A stretch of DNA of 15,875 nt from an uncultured bacterium. GTDB taxonomy: Bacteria > Lernaellota > Lernaellaia > Lernaellales > Lernaellaceae. Below, piece by piece: positions 1 through 11,147 of the stretch (position 1 is its first letter; each line of letters starts with the position of its first letter). The DNA is taken from positions 1 to 15,875 of the forward strand of contig CAZHPN010000146.1 of the NCBI GenBank assembly GCA_964534375.1. Reading direction: 5' to 3'. The translations under genes were made by a program, and so were the position numbers. The notes under the pieces are model-generated. The model was given only the letters and a program-made list of their open reading frames with translations, did not search any database and was not told where the DNA came from.

Positions 1-65
1 AAATCCCAAAACTTCAATCATTTGCAAGTCAACATGCCGGAGCCCTGGGCGGAATCGCCGCCGGG

Positions 66-93
66 TTGACTTAACCTGCGATTCTCTTATATT
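66..93 (+). promoter_or_regulatory. putative sigma70 promoter for ffh (TTGACT-16 bp-TATATT)
   Basis: TTGACT at 66-71 and TATATT at 88-93, in an AT-rich patch about 110 bp upstream of the ffh ATG. Confidence 0.5.
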
Positions 94-199
94 TCCTCGT
101 TCTCGCCGGCCGGCGAGTGGTGTGGGGGCTTGTCCCGACGCGGGCGCCGCCGCATTTTGCCAGGGGTTCGTCGGGGCGTCAGGGAACCACGAGAAGGCG

Positions 200-1615
<1,416 letters not shown>

Positions 1616-1669
1616 GCGCGAAGGGCGTCGGGGCGCACCATAACTTCTATTTGAGAGGATTGACGGACG

Positions 1670-1924
1670 ATGTCGCTGAAAATGAGATTGAGTCGGTTCG
1701 GGGCGAAACAAAAGCCATTCTACCGCATCGTCGTGGCGAACTCGGAATCGCCGCGCGACGGCCGCTTCATTGACCAGGTCGGGCATTACGACCCGAAACT
1801 GGTCGCGAACAAGGTGACCCTCGACGAAGAAAAGATCGTCAAGTGGCTGGCCCGCGGCGCGCAGCCCACGGACACCGTGCGCAGTTTCCTGAAGGAAAAA
1901 GGCCTGCTGAAGAAGAAGGTCTAG
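1670..1924 (+). CDS. rpsP: 30S ribosomal protein S16
   Basis: [31 protein letters not shown]...GAQPTDTV signature; lies directly after ffh. Confidence 0.98.
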   Translation: MSLKMRLSRFGAKQKPFYRIVVANSESPRDGRFIDQVGHYDPKLVANKVTLDEEKIVKWLARGAQPTDTVRSFLKEKGLLKKKV

Positions 1925-1946
1925 TCCGGGCGAGACGCCGGACTTT
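1923..1946 (+). terminator. weak hairpin, possible attenuator after rpsP
   Basis: AGTCCGG (1923-1929) pairs with CCGGACT (1938-1944); only a short T-run follows. Confidence 0.3.
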
Positions 1947-2064
1947 GCCGTAAGAGCGCCCTTCCGGGTGCGATCCGTGTCCGATGCAAGAGCGCCTTTC
2001 CAGGCGCGATTCCAAGAAATGGCGCCCAGCAGGGTGCTCTTACAGGCGAGGAGGCTGGTGAGCA

Positions 2065-2295
2065 ATGAAAGCTTTGGTCGAATACATCGCCCGGGCGCTG
2101 GTGGACAACCCGGACCAGGTGCGCGTCAACCAAACCGAGGACGACGCCGTGTCGGTCATCCAACTCAGCGTCGCGCGCGAAGACCTGGGCAAGGTGATCG
2201 GTAAGAACGGCCGCACGGCGCGCGCGATGCGCACGCTGCTCTCCGCGGCCTCGCTGAAATCGCCCAAACGCGTCGCACTGGACATCGTCGAGTGA
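2065..2295 (+). CDS. khpA: KH-domain RNA-binding protein KhpA (YlqC/UPF0109)
   Basis: 76 aa; LVEYIARALVDNPDQV...DLGKVIGKNGRTARAMRTLL with GxxG KH loop; canonical position between rpsP and rimM; GAGGAGG upstream. Confidence 0.95.
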   Translation: MKALVEYIARALVDNPDQVRVNQTEDDAVSVIQLSVAREDLGKVIGKNGRTARAMRTLLSAASLKSPKRVALDIVE

Positions 2296-2313
2296 AGGCG
2301 AGGCTGAGAGGTC

Positions 2314-2488
2314 ATTGCGGATTGCGGATTGCGGATTGCGGATTTTCGGACCTCACACAGAGACACAGACTGGAAACCTCTTCCTTTGGGAGAGGTCGCG
2401 GCGCATTGCGCCGCGGATGAGGGCTTGGCCTCACGCGGAGATCCGGAGGGCGCGGAGGTTTGATTCGCCCGAATCCCGAATCCCGAAC
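2314..2488. repeat. heptamer tandem arrays in the khpA-rimM spacer
   Basis: (ATTGCGG)x4 at 2314-2341 and CCCGAAT-CCCGAAT-CCCGAAC at 2468-2488. Confidence 0.8.
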
Positions 2489-2527
2489 CCCGTTCGCCGT
2501 TACGCCTGATATCAAGGGGCAACCGTC

Positions 2528-3028
2528 TTGCTAATCTCGCTCGGTAAAATCGTCAAACCGCAAGGCCTGAAAGGCGAATTCCGCGTCTTTCCGCACGGCG
2601 GCCAATCCGAAAATCTCGCCGCTCTGGAACGTGTCACGATCGCCGAACCGAACGGCAAACAATGGGAAACGGCGATCCGTTCGTGCCGCGTCAAGGGCAG
2701 CCTGTATATCTTGTCGGTGCTCGGCGTCGACGTCATCGAACAGGCGGAGCGGCTGGTGGGCGGCGAAATCCTCGCCCGCGAGGAAGACCTCGAGCCGCTC
2801 GCCGAGGGCGAATTCTATTGGTACGAAGCCGTCGGCATGGAAGTCTACGCCGACGACGGCCGCCTTCTCGGCCGGGTGGCGTCGCTGCTCGCGACCGGCG
2901 CCAACGACGTGCTGCAGGTGCAGGACGGCGACCGCGAAATTCTTCTGCCGAATATCCCCGACGTGATTCTCCACGTCGACCGCGAACAAAAGCGGATCAC
3001 CGTGCGGCTGCTGCCCGGATTGATCTGA
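2528..3028 (+). CDS. rimM: 16S rRNA processing protein RimM
   Basis: TTG start; LGKIVKPQGLKGE...LAEGEFYWYEAVGMEV...TGANDVLQV...EILLP; N-terminal domain plus PRC barrel; conserved gene order. Confidence 0.96.
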   Translation: MLISLGKIVKPQGLKGEFRVFPHGGQSENLAALERVTIAEPNGKQWETAIRSCRVKGSLYILSVLGVDVIEQAERLVGGEILAREEDLEPLAEGEFYWYEAVGMEVYADDGRLLGRVASLLATGANDVLQVQDGDREILLPNIPDVILHVDREQKRITVRLLPGLI

Positions 3029-3082
3029 GTACGGGCGAACCTCGCCCCTTTCCCCGCGCTTCCGCCCGCTGTTCGCCCCCGC

Positions 3083-3131
3083 AAAATAAAAGCCGCCTGC
3101 TTCCGGGGCTGGGCCCTCCGAAGCAGGCGGC
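3083..3131 (-). terminator. rho-independent terminator of the Cys-repeat lipoprotein gene (may also act on rimM)
   Basis: 12-bp arms GCCGCCTGCTTC (3092-3103) and GAAGCAGGCGGC (3120-3131), followed on the minus strand by TTTTATTTT (3091-3083), 24 bp past the stop at 3155. Confidence 0.8.
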
Positions 3132-3154
3132 GAAGCTACGCGTGGTTATCTAGC

Positions 3155-6169
<3,015 letters not shown>

Positions 6170-6804
6170 TCTTTTCTCCTTCGTGGCCATCAACCGGCCG
6201 GCTGGCGTTCCAGGTTATTTTCTGCTGCCTGATCCAGATTCGTTATTTTTCACCTTACCCGGCGATCCGCCCGTTGCGCATCCGGGTATTCCTGATTTTC
6301 AGTGTCAAAAAACCTCAAGCAGCGCCGTCCGACGCCCCCGCAACCCGAGATTGATCGGGTGCGAAGCGGCGGAGATTCGCTATTGTTCAAGACGCCTCCC
6401 ACAGGTGTCAGTTACTACATATCAAATCCCGCGGCGCCGCACAAGGCGCAAATAAAGAGTCGGGCCAGCGTCAGGAAAGTGGGCGTTCGTGAATACTGGA
6501 GGGAATTGGGGCTCGCGTGGAATACGTAGTGCAACAGGCCTTCGTTACGCCCTCGCCACGAAGTTGGAGAGGGGGTTGGGGGTGAGGACGAATTCATCGA
6601 CAGTCTCTACGCGAGGCATGCGACCTGTAGAGAATTTCGGGCGGCGCCGCCGATTCTTCATTCGCCATTCGCCATTCTACGTCGGCCGGCCCCGCGCCGA
6701 GCGAGCGGTTTGTTTGACCGTGCGGCCCGGCTTTGGTAAAAACGTCGTACGCGGTGCGGCAGCCGTTGATGCCGTCTGCCGTCAAAAGAAAAGGATGCCT
6801 CGCC

Positions 6805-8922
6805 GTGAAGCGCGTTCGTTGGTTTCTGTTCCGTTTGCCCACGATTATCTTGCTGGTCTGCGCGGTCGCCTGCAGCGGCGGCAAAAACACGACGATCAAC
6901 TACTACATCACGGACGATGACGGCTCGCCAGGCGACGATGACGGCTCGCCGGGCGACGACGACGGCTCGCCCGCCGACGACGACGGCTCGCCCGCCGACG
7001 ACGATCAGTCGCCGGGCGATGACGACGACGACGCCTCTGCGCCGCTGCATTGCAGCGCCGACGGAACCGTCTGCACCGACCCCTTCACCGGTCTGATGTG
7101 GCAGAACGGCGCGTCGGTCGGCGCCAACTATCTGGATTGGACGGCGGCGCAGAATTACTGCGCGGCCCTGACGTGGGGCGGCTACGGCGGCTGGCGCCTG
7201 CCGGGTCTCGATGAGTTGCGCAGCCTCATCCGGGGTTGCCCCGCCACGCAAACAGGCGGTTCCTGCGGGGTGACCGACGAGTGTTTGAGCTGGTCGGGTT
7301 GTGCGAATGAGACCTGCGGCGGGTGTCCTTACTTGGGCGGCCCCGGGACGGGCGGCGCCTACTGGCCGCCGGGAATGTCCGGCGCCGTCGGCGTTGTCTA
7401 TTGGTCGTCCTCAACGGTTGCCGACATCGGCAAGTACGTGTGGGAGGTCGGCTTCAACCTCGGCAATTTAAGCTACAACGCCCCCGGCTACGGCTTCTCC
7501 ACCCGCTGCGTGCGTGGGTCGCCGGACGACGACGACGACGACGCTTCGCCGGATGATGACGACGACGACGACACGTTCGCCTGCGACGTCGTTCATCCCG
7601 ATTCGACCGTCGGCCTGCTCTCCTGCCTGCCCGGCGCCGCCAACGGCTACACGCTGTTCGCGCCGTTCCTCGCGGAAACGACCTATCTCATCGACATGGT
7701 CGGGCGCGTCGTCCATACCTGGCCGAGCCAATACCTGCCCGGCGACGCCGTCTACCTGACGGAAACCGGCCAACTCTTGCGCACCGGCAACGTGCTCAAC
7801 GACAACTTTCCCGGCGGCGGGCAAGGCGGCATCGTGATGCTGCAGAATTGGGGCGGCGACGTAGCGTGGAGCTACGTTTTGTCCACCAGCGAGGTCTGCG
7901 CGCACCATGACGTGCGGATGCTGCCCAACGGCGACGTCTTGCTGATCGTGTGGGAGAAGATACCGGGGGCGGAGGCCGTGGCGGCGGGCCGCAATCCGAG
8001 CACCCTGCCCGCCGTCGGCTTGTGGGCCGATTACTATGTCGAGATCGCGCCGGTCGGGACGAACGACGCCGAAATCGTCTGGCTGTGGCGCGCCTGGGAC
8101 CACCTCATTCAAGACTACGACCCGACGCAGGCGAACTACGGCGTCGTCGCGGACCACCCGGAGTTGATCGACGTCAATTACGACGTGGTGTCGGGAACGG
8201 ACTGGATGCACACCAACAGCATCGACTACAACCCCGATTTCGATCAAATTCTCGTCAGCGTCCACGAGTTCAGCGAAGTGTGGGTGATCGACCACAGCAC
8301 GACGACGGCCGAAGCCGCGTCCCATAGCGGCGGCGCGTACGGCCGCGGCGGCGACTTGCTCTACCGCTGGGGCAATCCAACCACCTACCGTCAGACGTCA
8401 CCCGCGCAGGATTTCTACGAGCAGCACAACGCCCGCTGGGTCGCCGACGGCTTGCCGGGCGCCGGCCATATCACCGTCTTCAACAACGGCCTCGGCCGCC
8501 CGGCCGGCCAATATTCGTCGGCGGACGAATTCGCCCCGGCGGTGAATCCCGACGGCAGCTATCCGGCCGCCGATCCGGCGTACGCGCCGGCGAACCTGTT
8601 CTGGACTTTCGCCGCCACGCCCATGAACCGCATCTATTCGGCGGCCAAAGGCAGCGCCCAGCGCCTGGCCAACGGCAACACCTTGATCTGCGTCGGCGAC
8701 GCCGGCGCGATCATGGAAGTCACCCCGGCGGGGGCCGTCGTCTGGCAGTTTGTCAGCCCGGTCACCGAGGCCGGCGTCATCCCGCAGGGCACGCAAGTCC
8801 CCCTCGCCTTCGAAGGCCTGGCCAACATGACCTTCAGCGCTCACCGTTATGCGCCCGACTACCCCGGCCTCGCCGGCCAGGATTTGACGCCCGGCCCGTG
8901 TTTGGTCGAGCCCTGCGAGTGA
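6805..8922 (+). CDS. lipoprotein with DUF1566 (Lcl C-terminal) domain fused to an arylsulfotransferase (ASST-like beta-propeller) domain
   Basis: Probable GTG start at 6805 after AAGGA (ORF-track start 6733); lipobox AVAC. DUF1566 motifs TDPFTGLMWQ, WTAAQNYC, GWRLPGLDEL, YWSSS, RCVR (about 7066-7515). ASST motifs GYTLFAP, HHDVRMLPNG, DWMHTNSIDYNP, IDHSTTTAEAASHSGG, LLYRWGNP, QHNARW, SAQRLANGNTLIC. Confidence 0.85.
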   Translation: MKRVRWFLFRLPTIILLVCAVACSGGKNTTINYYITDDDGSPGDDDGSPGDDDGSPADDDGSPADDDQSPGDDDDDASAPLHCSADGTVCTDPFTGLMWQNGASVGANYLDWTAAQNYCAALTWGGYGGWRLPGLDELRSLIRGCPATQTGGSCGVTDECLSWSGCANETCGGCPYLGGPGTGGAYWPPGMSGAVGVVYWSSSTVADIGKYVWEVGFNLGNLSYNAPGYGFSTRCVRGSPDDDDDDASPDDDDDDDTFACDVVHPDSTVGLLSCLPGAANGYTLFAPFLAETTYLIDMVGRVVHTWPSQYLPGDAVYLTETGQLLRTGNVLNDNFPGGGQGGIVMLQNWGGDVAWSYVLSTSEVCAHHDVRMLPNGDVLLIVWEKIPGAEAVAAGRNPSTLPAVGLWADYYVEIAPVGTNDAEIVWLWRAWDHLIQDYDPTQANYGVVADHPELIDVNYDVVSGTDWMHTNSIDYNPDFDQILVSVHEFSEVWVIDHSTTTAEAASHSGGAYGRGGDLLYRWGNPTTYRQTSPAQDFYEQHNARWVADGLPGAGHITVFNNGLGRPAGQYSSADEFAPAVNPDGSYPAADPAYAPANLFWTFAATPMNRIYSAAKGSAQRLANGNTLICVGDAGAIMEVTPAGAVVWQFVSPVTEAGVIPQGTQVPLAFEGLANMTFSAHRYAPDYPGLAGQDLTPGPCLVEPCE
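6913..7017 (+). repeat. 21-bp coding tandem repeat x5 (DDD[G/Q]SP[G/A])
   Basis: GACGAYGACGGCTCGCCNGSC units read directly from the sequence. Confidence 0.9.
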
Positions 8923-8966
8923 ACGGGACGCCAACCGCGAATGAACGAGGATGGGATGTATCGCGT

Positions 8967-9593
8967 TCAGCAATTGTTCAAGCAATTGAGCAGCGCCTGG
9001 GTTTGCGCGCTGGTCGGCGGACTCGAACACGGGTTGTCCGCGACGCACGTGGCGTTGCAATTCCAGAGCGTCGCGTTCTCGGACGCACACACGGCCTCCA
9101 GGTCCATCAGCGGGATCCAGTACGCGGTGGCCCCGGTGTTCGAGTAATTGCTGATGATGCCGCAGTAATAATAGTGGTACGCGGTTTCCTGGCAGCCCGA
9201 ACCGCCCGGGTCGCCCGGCCAGATGCAGTTGTTGAAGCAAGTTGACGAACAATTGGATTCGGTGGCGCATTTGGCGCAGCAGGCCCAGAACGGCGACAAC
9301 GAGGGGCTGCCGAGAAAGTGCTCGGAATCGACGCACCAGGCGGCCAAATCGGCCTGGTCCGCCTTGCTTCCGCTGTTTTCTTGCAGCGGCTCCCCGCACG
9401 CGGTGGCGAGCCAGCCGGCGAGAGTGGCGCAACTAGCTGCGGTGTCGTCGTTGTCGTCGTCGTCGCCGGATGGATGACCCGCCGAATCGTCGTCATCGTC
9501 GCCGTTGTTGAGGCTGTCGTTGCAAGCGAAGACGACGAAGGTCTGGAGCAGCGCCGCCGCCACGCCGAGGAACACCATCCGCCTTTTTCCCAT
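8967..9593 (-). CDS. Cys-rich lipoprotein of unknown function with poly-Asp linker
   Basis: GGAGGAGG RBS; MGKRR plus hydrophobic stretch and VFAC lipobox; Asp tracts; 17 further Cys in two similar halves. Confidence 0.8.
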   Translation of the reverse strand: MGKRRMVFLGVAAALLQTFVVFACNDSLNNGDDDDDSAGHPSGDDDDNDDTAASCATLAGWLATACGEPLQENSGSKADQADLAAWCVDSEHFLGSPSLSPFWACCAKCATESNCSSTCFNNCIWPGDPGGSGCQETAYHYYYCGIISNYSNTGATAYWIPLMDLEAVCASENATLWNCNATCVADNPCSSPPTSAQTQALLNCLNNC

Positions 9594-9629
9594 TGTCAGC
9601 CCTCCTCCGTGCGCGTTGGTTGCGCTGCT

Positions 9630-9658
9630 TGGATATCAGACTTCCGCCTGGCGGTCAA
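9630..9658 (-). promoter_or_regulatory. putative promoter for the 208-aa lipoprotein
   Basis: Minus strand TTGACC (9658-9653), 17 bp, TATCCA (9635-9630), preceded by TGn (extended -10). Confidence 0.4.
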
Positions 9659-9662
9659 GCCG

Positions 9663-9755
9663 GCGGCGGCGCGCCCGCGAAATTCCGCGCTTGACAATCA
9701 CCGCCGCGGCGGCGCGCCCGCGAAATTCCGCGCTTGACAATCACCGCCGCGGCGG
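9663..9755 (+). repeat. perfect 43-bp tandem duplication containing TTGACA
   Basis: GCGGCGGCGCGCCCGCGAAATTCCGCGCTTGACAATCACCGCC at 9663-9705 and 9706-9748, plus 7 bp of a third copy. Confidence 0.95.
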
Positions 9756-9762
9756 GCACGAT
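9734..9762 (+). promoter_or_regulatory. putative sigma70 promoter for the Tyr-rich precursor operon
   Basis: TTGACA at 9734-9739, 17 bp, CACGAT at 9757-9762 (keeps the conserved A2 and T6). Confidence 0.45.
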
Positions 9763-9933
9763 AAGTGTCAAGCAAACGGCCTACGCCATAGATTCGCCAC
9801 CCAGTTGCAGCCGTAAACGTGAAATGCGCTCCGTTCGCGCGCGCGAAAAGCAGGCGCGCGCGGAAGAGCCGAGTCACCGCCGCTCGGAAACCGCGCCGCG
9901 GTTTCCGGCAGGCGCCGCAACGGGAGGCGTCTC

Positions 9934-10383
9934 ATGTCGGAACGGATCAGGCAGAAGGGCGAGCCATCGCCGGAAAAGGTGGACCTGTCGCGCCGCAAAG
10001 CCCTAAAACAGATATTCACGTTCGGCGCCGGGGCGCTGGCCATGGTCGGCGGGGTCGTCCTCGCCGGCGGCTGCGCCGACAAGGAGTCTACGCCGGCGGC
10101 CATGGCCGGCTATTATTCCGACTACGATAATTATGCGAATTACTCCAATTACCACAATTCCGGCGGCCACTCGAACGGCGGCTACGGCAACGGCGGCGGC
10201 TACGGCAACGGCGGCTATGGCGACGGCTATGGCGACTATTGCGACGGCTACACCGACGGCTATTGTTGTTACGACAACTACAGCAACAGCTACGGCTGTT
10301 ACGGCAACTACGGCGACGGCTACGGCGACGGCTACGGCGACGGCTCCGCCGACGACACGGCACGACGCCGCCGGCCGCGATAG
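9934..10383 (+). CDS. Tat-signal lipoprotein with Tyr-x-Asp/Asn repeats; putative radical SAM-modified RiPP-like precursor
   Basis: GGAGG RBS; SRRKALK twin-arginine motif, hydrophobic h-region, AGGC lipobox (Cys47); core of residues 60-137 has 20 Tyr, 17 of them in Y-x-[DN]. Confidence 0.8.
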   Translation: MSERIRQKGEPSPEKVDLSRRKALKQIFTFGAGALAMVGGVVLAGGCADKESTPAAMAGYYSDYDNYANYSNYHNSGGHSNGGYGNGGGYGNGGYGDGYGDYCDGYTDGYCCYDNYSNSYGCYGNYGDGYGDGYGDGSADDTARRRRPR

Positions 10384-10391
10384 GGGGGGCC

Positions 10392-11138
10392 ATGAGATCG
10401 ACCGTCGCGCCGGCCCCGGCGGCCCAGAAAGCGGGCTTGGTTTCGCCTGACTCCAGCGCGGTGGGGATGGCGGGAAACGCGAAATCTTCCGTTCCTCGGC
10501 TCGGGAGGCCGCGCGGCAGGCGGCGGATGGCGGCGTGGCTCGCGCTGCTGTTGGGCGCTCTGGCGTTGCTGTCGCCGTTGGTGAAGCCCGGCCTCGCGTC
10601 GGCCGACGGTTACGCCGGTATTGATTTCGGCACGCTTTATCCGATCGGCCGGGGCGAGGTGACCTATTATCCGTTCGCCGGCCTGGATGTGGTCGTTTGC
10701 CCGGGCGTCGGCAACCAACGGGTGCTGGTCCTCGGCGCCATGTGGGGCAGCGGCGTTCTCGCGGAAAAAGCGAAGTTCCGCGATCCGAACACGCAGAATA
10801 TTTACCTGAAAAAGATCCACGGCCCGCTGCAAGAAGGACTGTTCGAGACCGGCTATGGCTATTTTTACCATTTTAGCCAGACTAGTCGCGGCTACGTTTA
10901 CGGTTTTTACCTGGGCGGGGGCGCCCGTGTCATGTACGAATACGCCGAAGCGACGGTTCCTCAGCAGCGCGGCGAGCGCCGCTTGAACCTTTCCGGCTTC
11001 GGCTTCGCGTTCGAACCCGGCCTGGGCTATCAGACGGAAGCAGGCTTCAATGTCCACCTGAGTTACTTGTTTTTCCCGACCGGCGCGAACACCGACGGGG
11101 CGATCACTTTGACCATCGGCGGCCTGTGGGGATTCTGA
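10392..11138 (+). CDS. putative small outer-membrane beta-barrel protein
   Basis: Start uncertain (ATG at 10392, 10467 or 10527); signal peptide WLALLLGALALLSPLVKPGLASA; alternating aromatic/Gly strands (GFYLGGGARVMY, GFGFAFEPGLGYQ, FNVHLSYLFF); ends ITLTIGGLWGF with a terminal Phe (beta-signal). Confidence 0.7.
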   Translation: MRSTVAPAPAAQKAGLVSPDSSAVGMAGNAKSSVPRLGRPRGRRRMAAWLALLLGALALLSPLVKPGLASADGYAGIDFGTLYPIGRGEVTYYPFAGLDVVVCPGVGNQRVLVLGAMWGSGVLAEKAKFRDPNTQNIYLKKIHGPLQEGLFETGYGYFYHFSQTSRGYVYGFYLGGGARVMYEYAEATVPQQRGERRLNLSGFGFAFEPGLGYQTEAGFNVHLSYLFFPTGANTDGAITLTIGGLWGF

Positions 11139-11147
11139 GCGGCGGGA

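Noticed and set aside
122..199. N-terminal extension of Ffh, and likewise the ORF-track extensions at 13092-13301 and 13879-13962
   Set aside because: Family-like sequence begins at the downstream ATGs (200, 13091, 13878), and the latter two extensions lie inside neighbouring genes
6405..6426. TTACTACATATCAAAT as an NrdR-box-like operator or IS-end relic
   Set aside because: Poor palindromic match, single copy, and no supporting gene context
7420..7515. DUF1566 C-terminus as a diversity-generating retroelement variable repeat
   Set aside because: I found no template-repeat copy differing at adenines and no reverse transcriptase in the window; a remote DGR cannot be excluded
9663..9755. 43-bp repeat as a CRISPR array
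   Set aside because: Copies are directly adjacent with no spacers, only two full copies, and no cas genes in the window
10239..10391. Arg/Leu-repeat N-terminal extension of the beta-barrel ORF (RRRLRRRL)
   Set aside because: Alternative-frame reading of the precursor's TACGGCGACGGC repeats; the real start is at or after 10392
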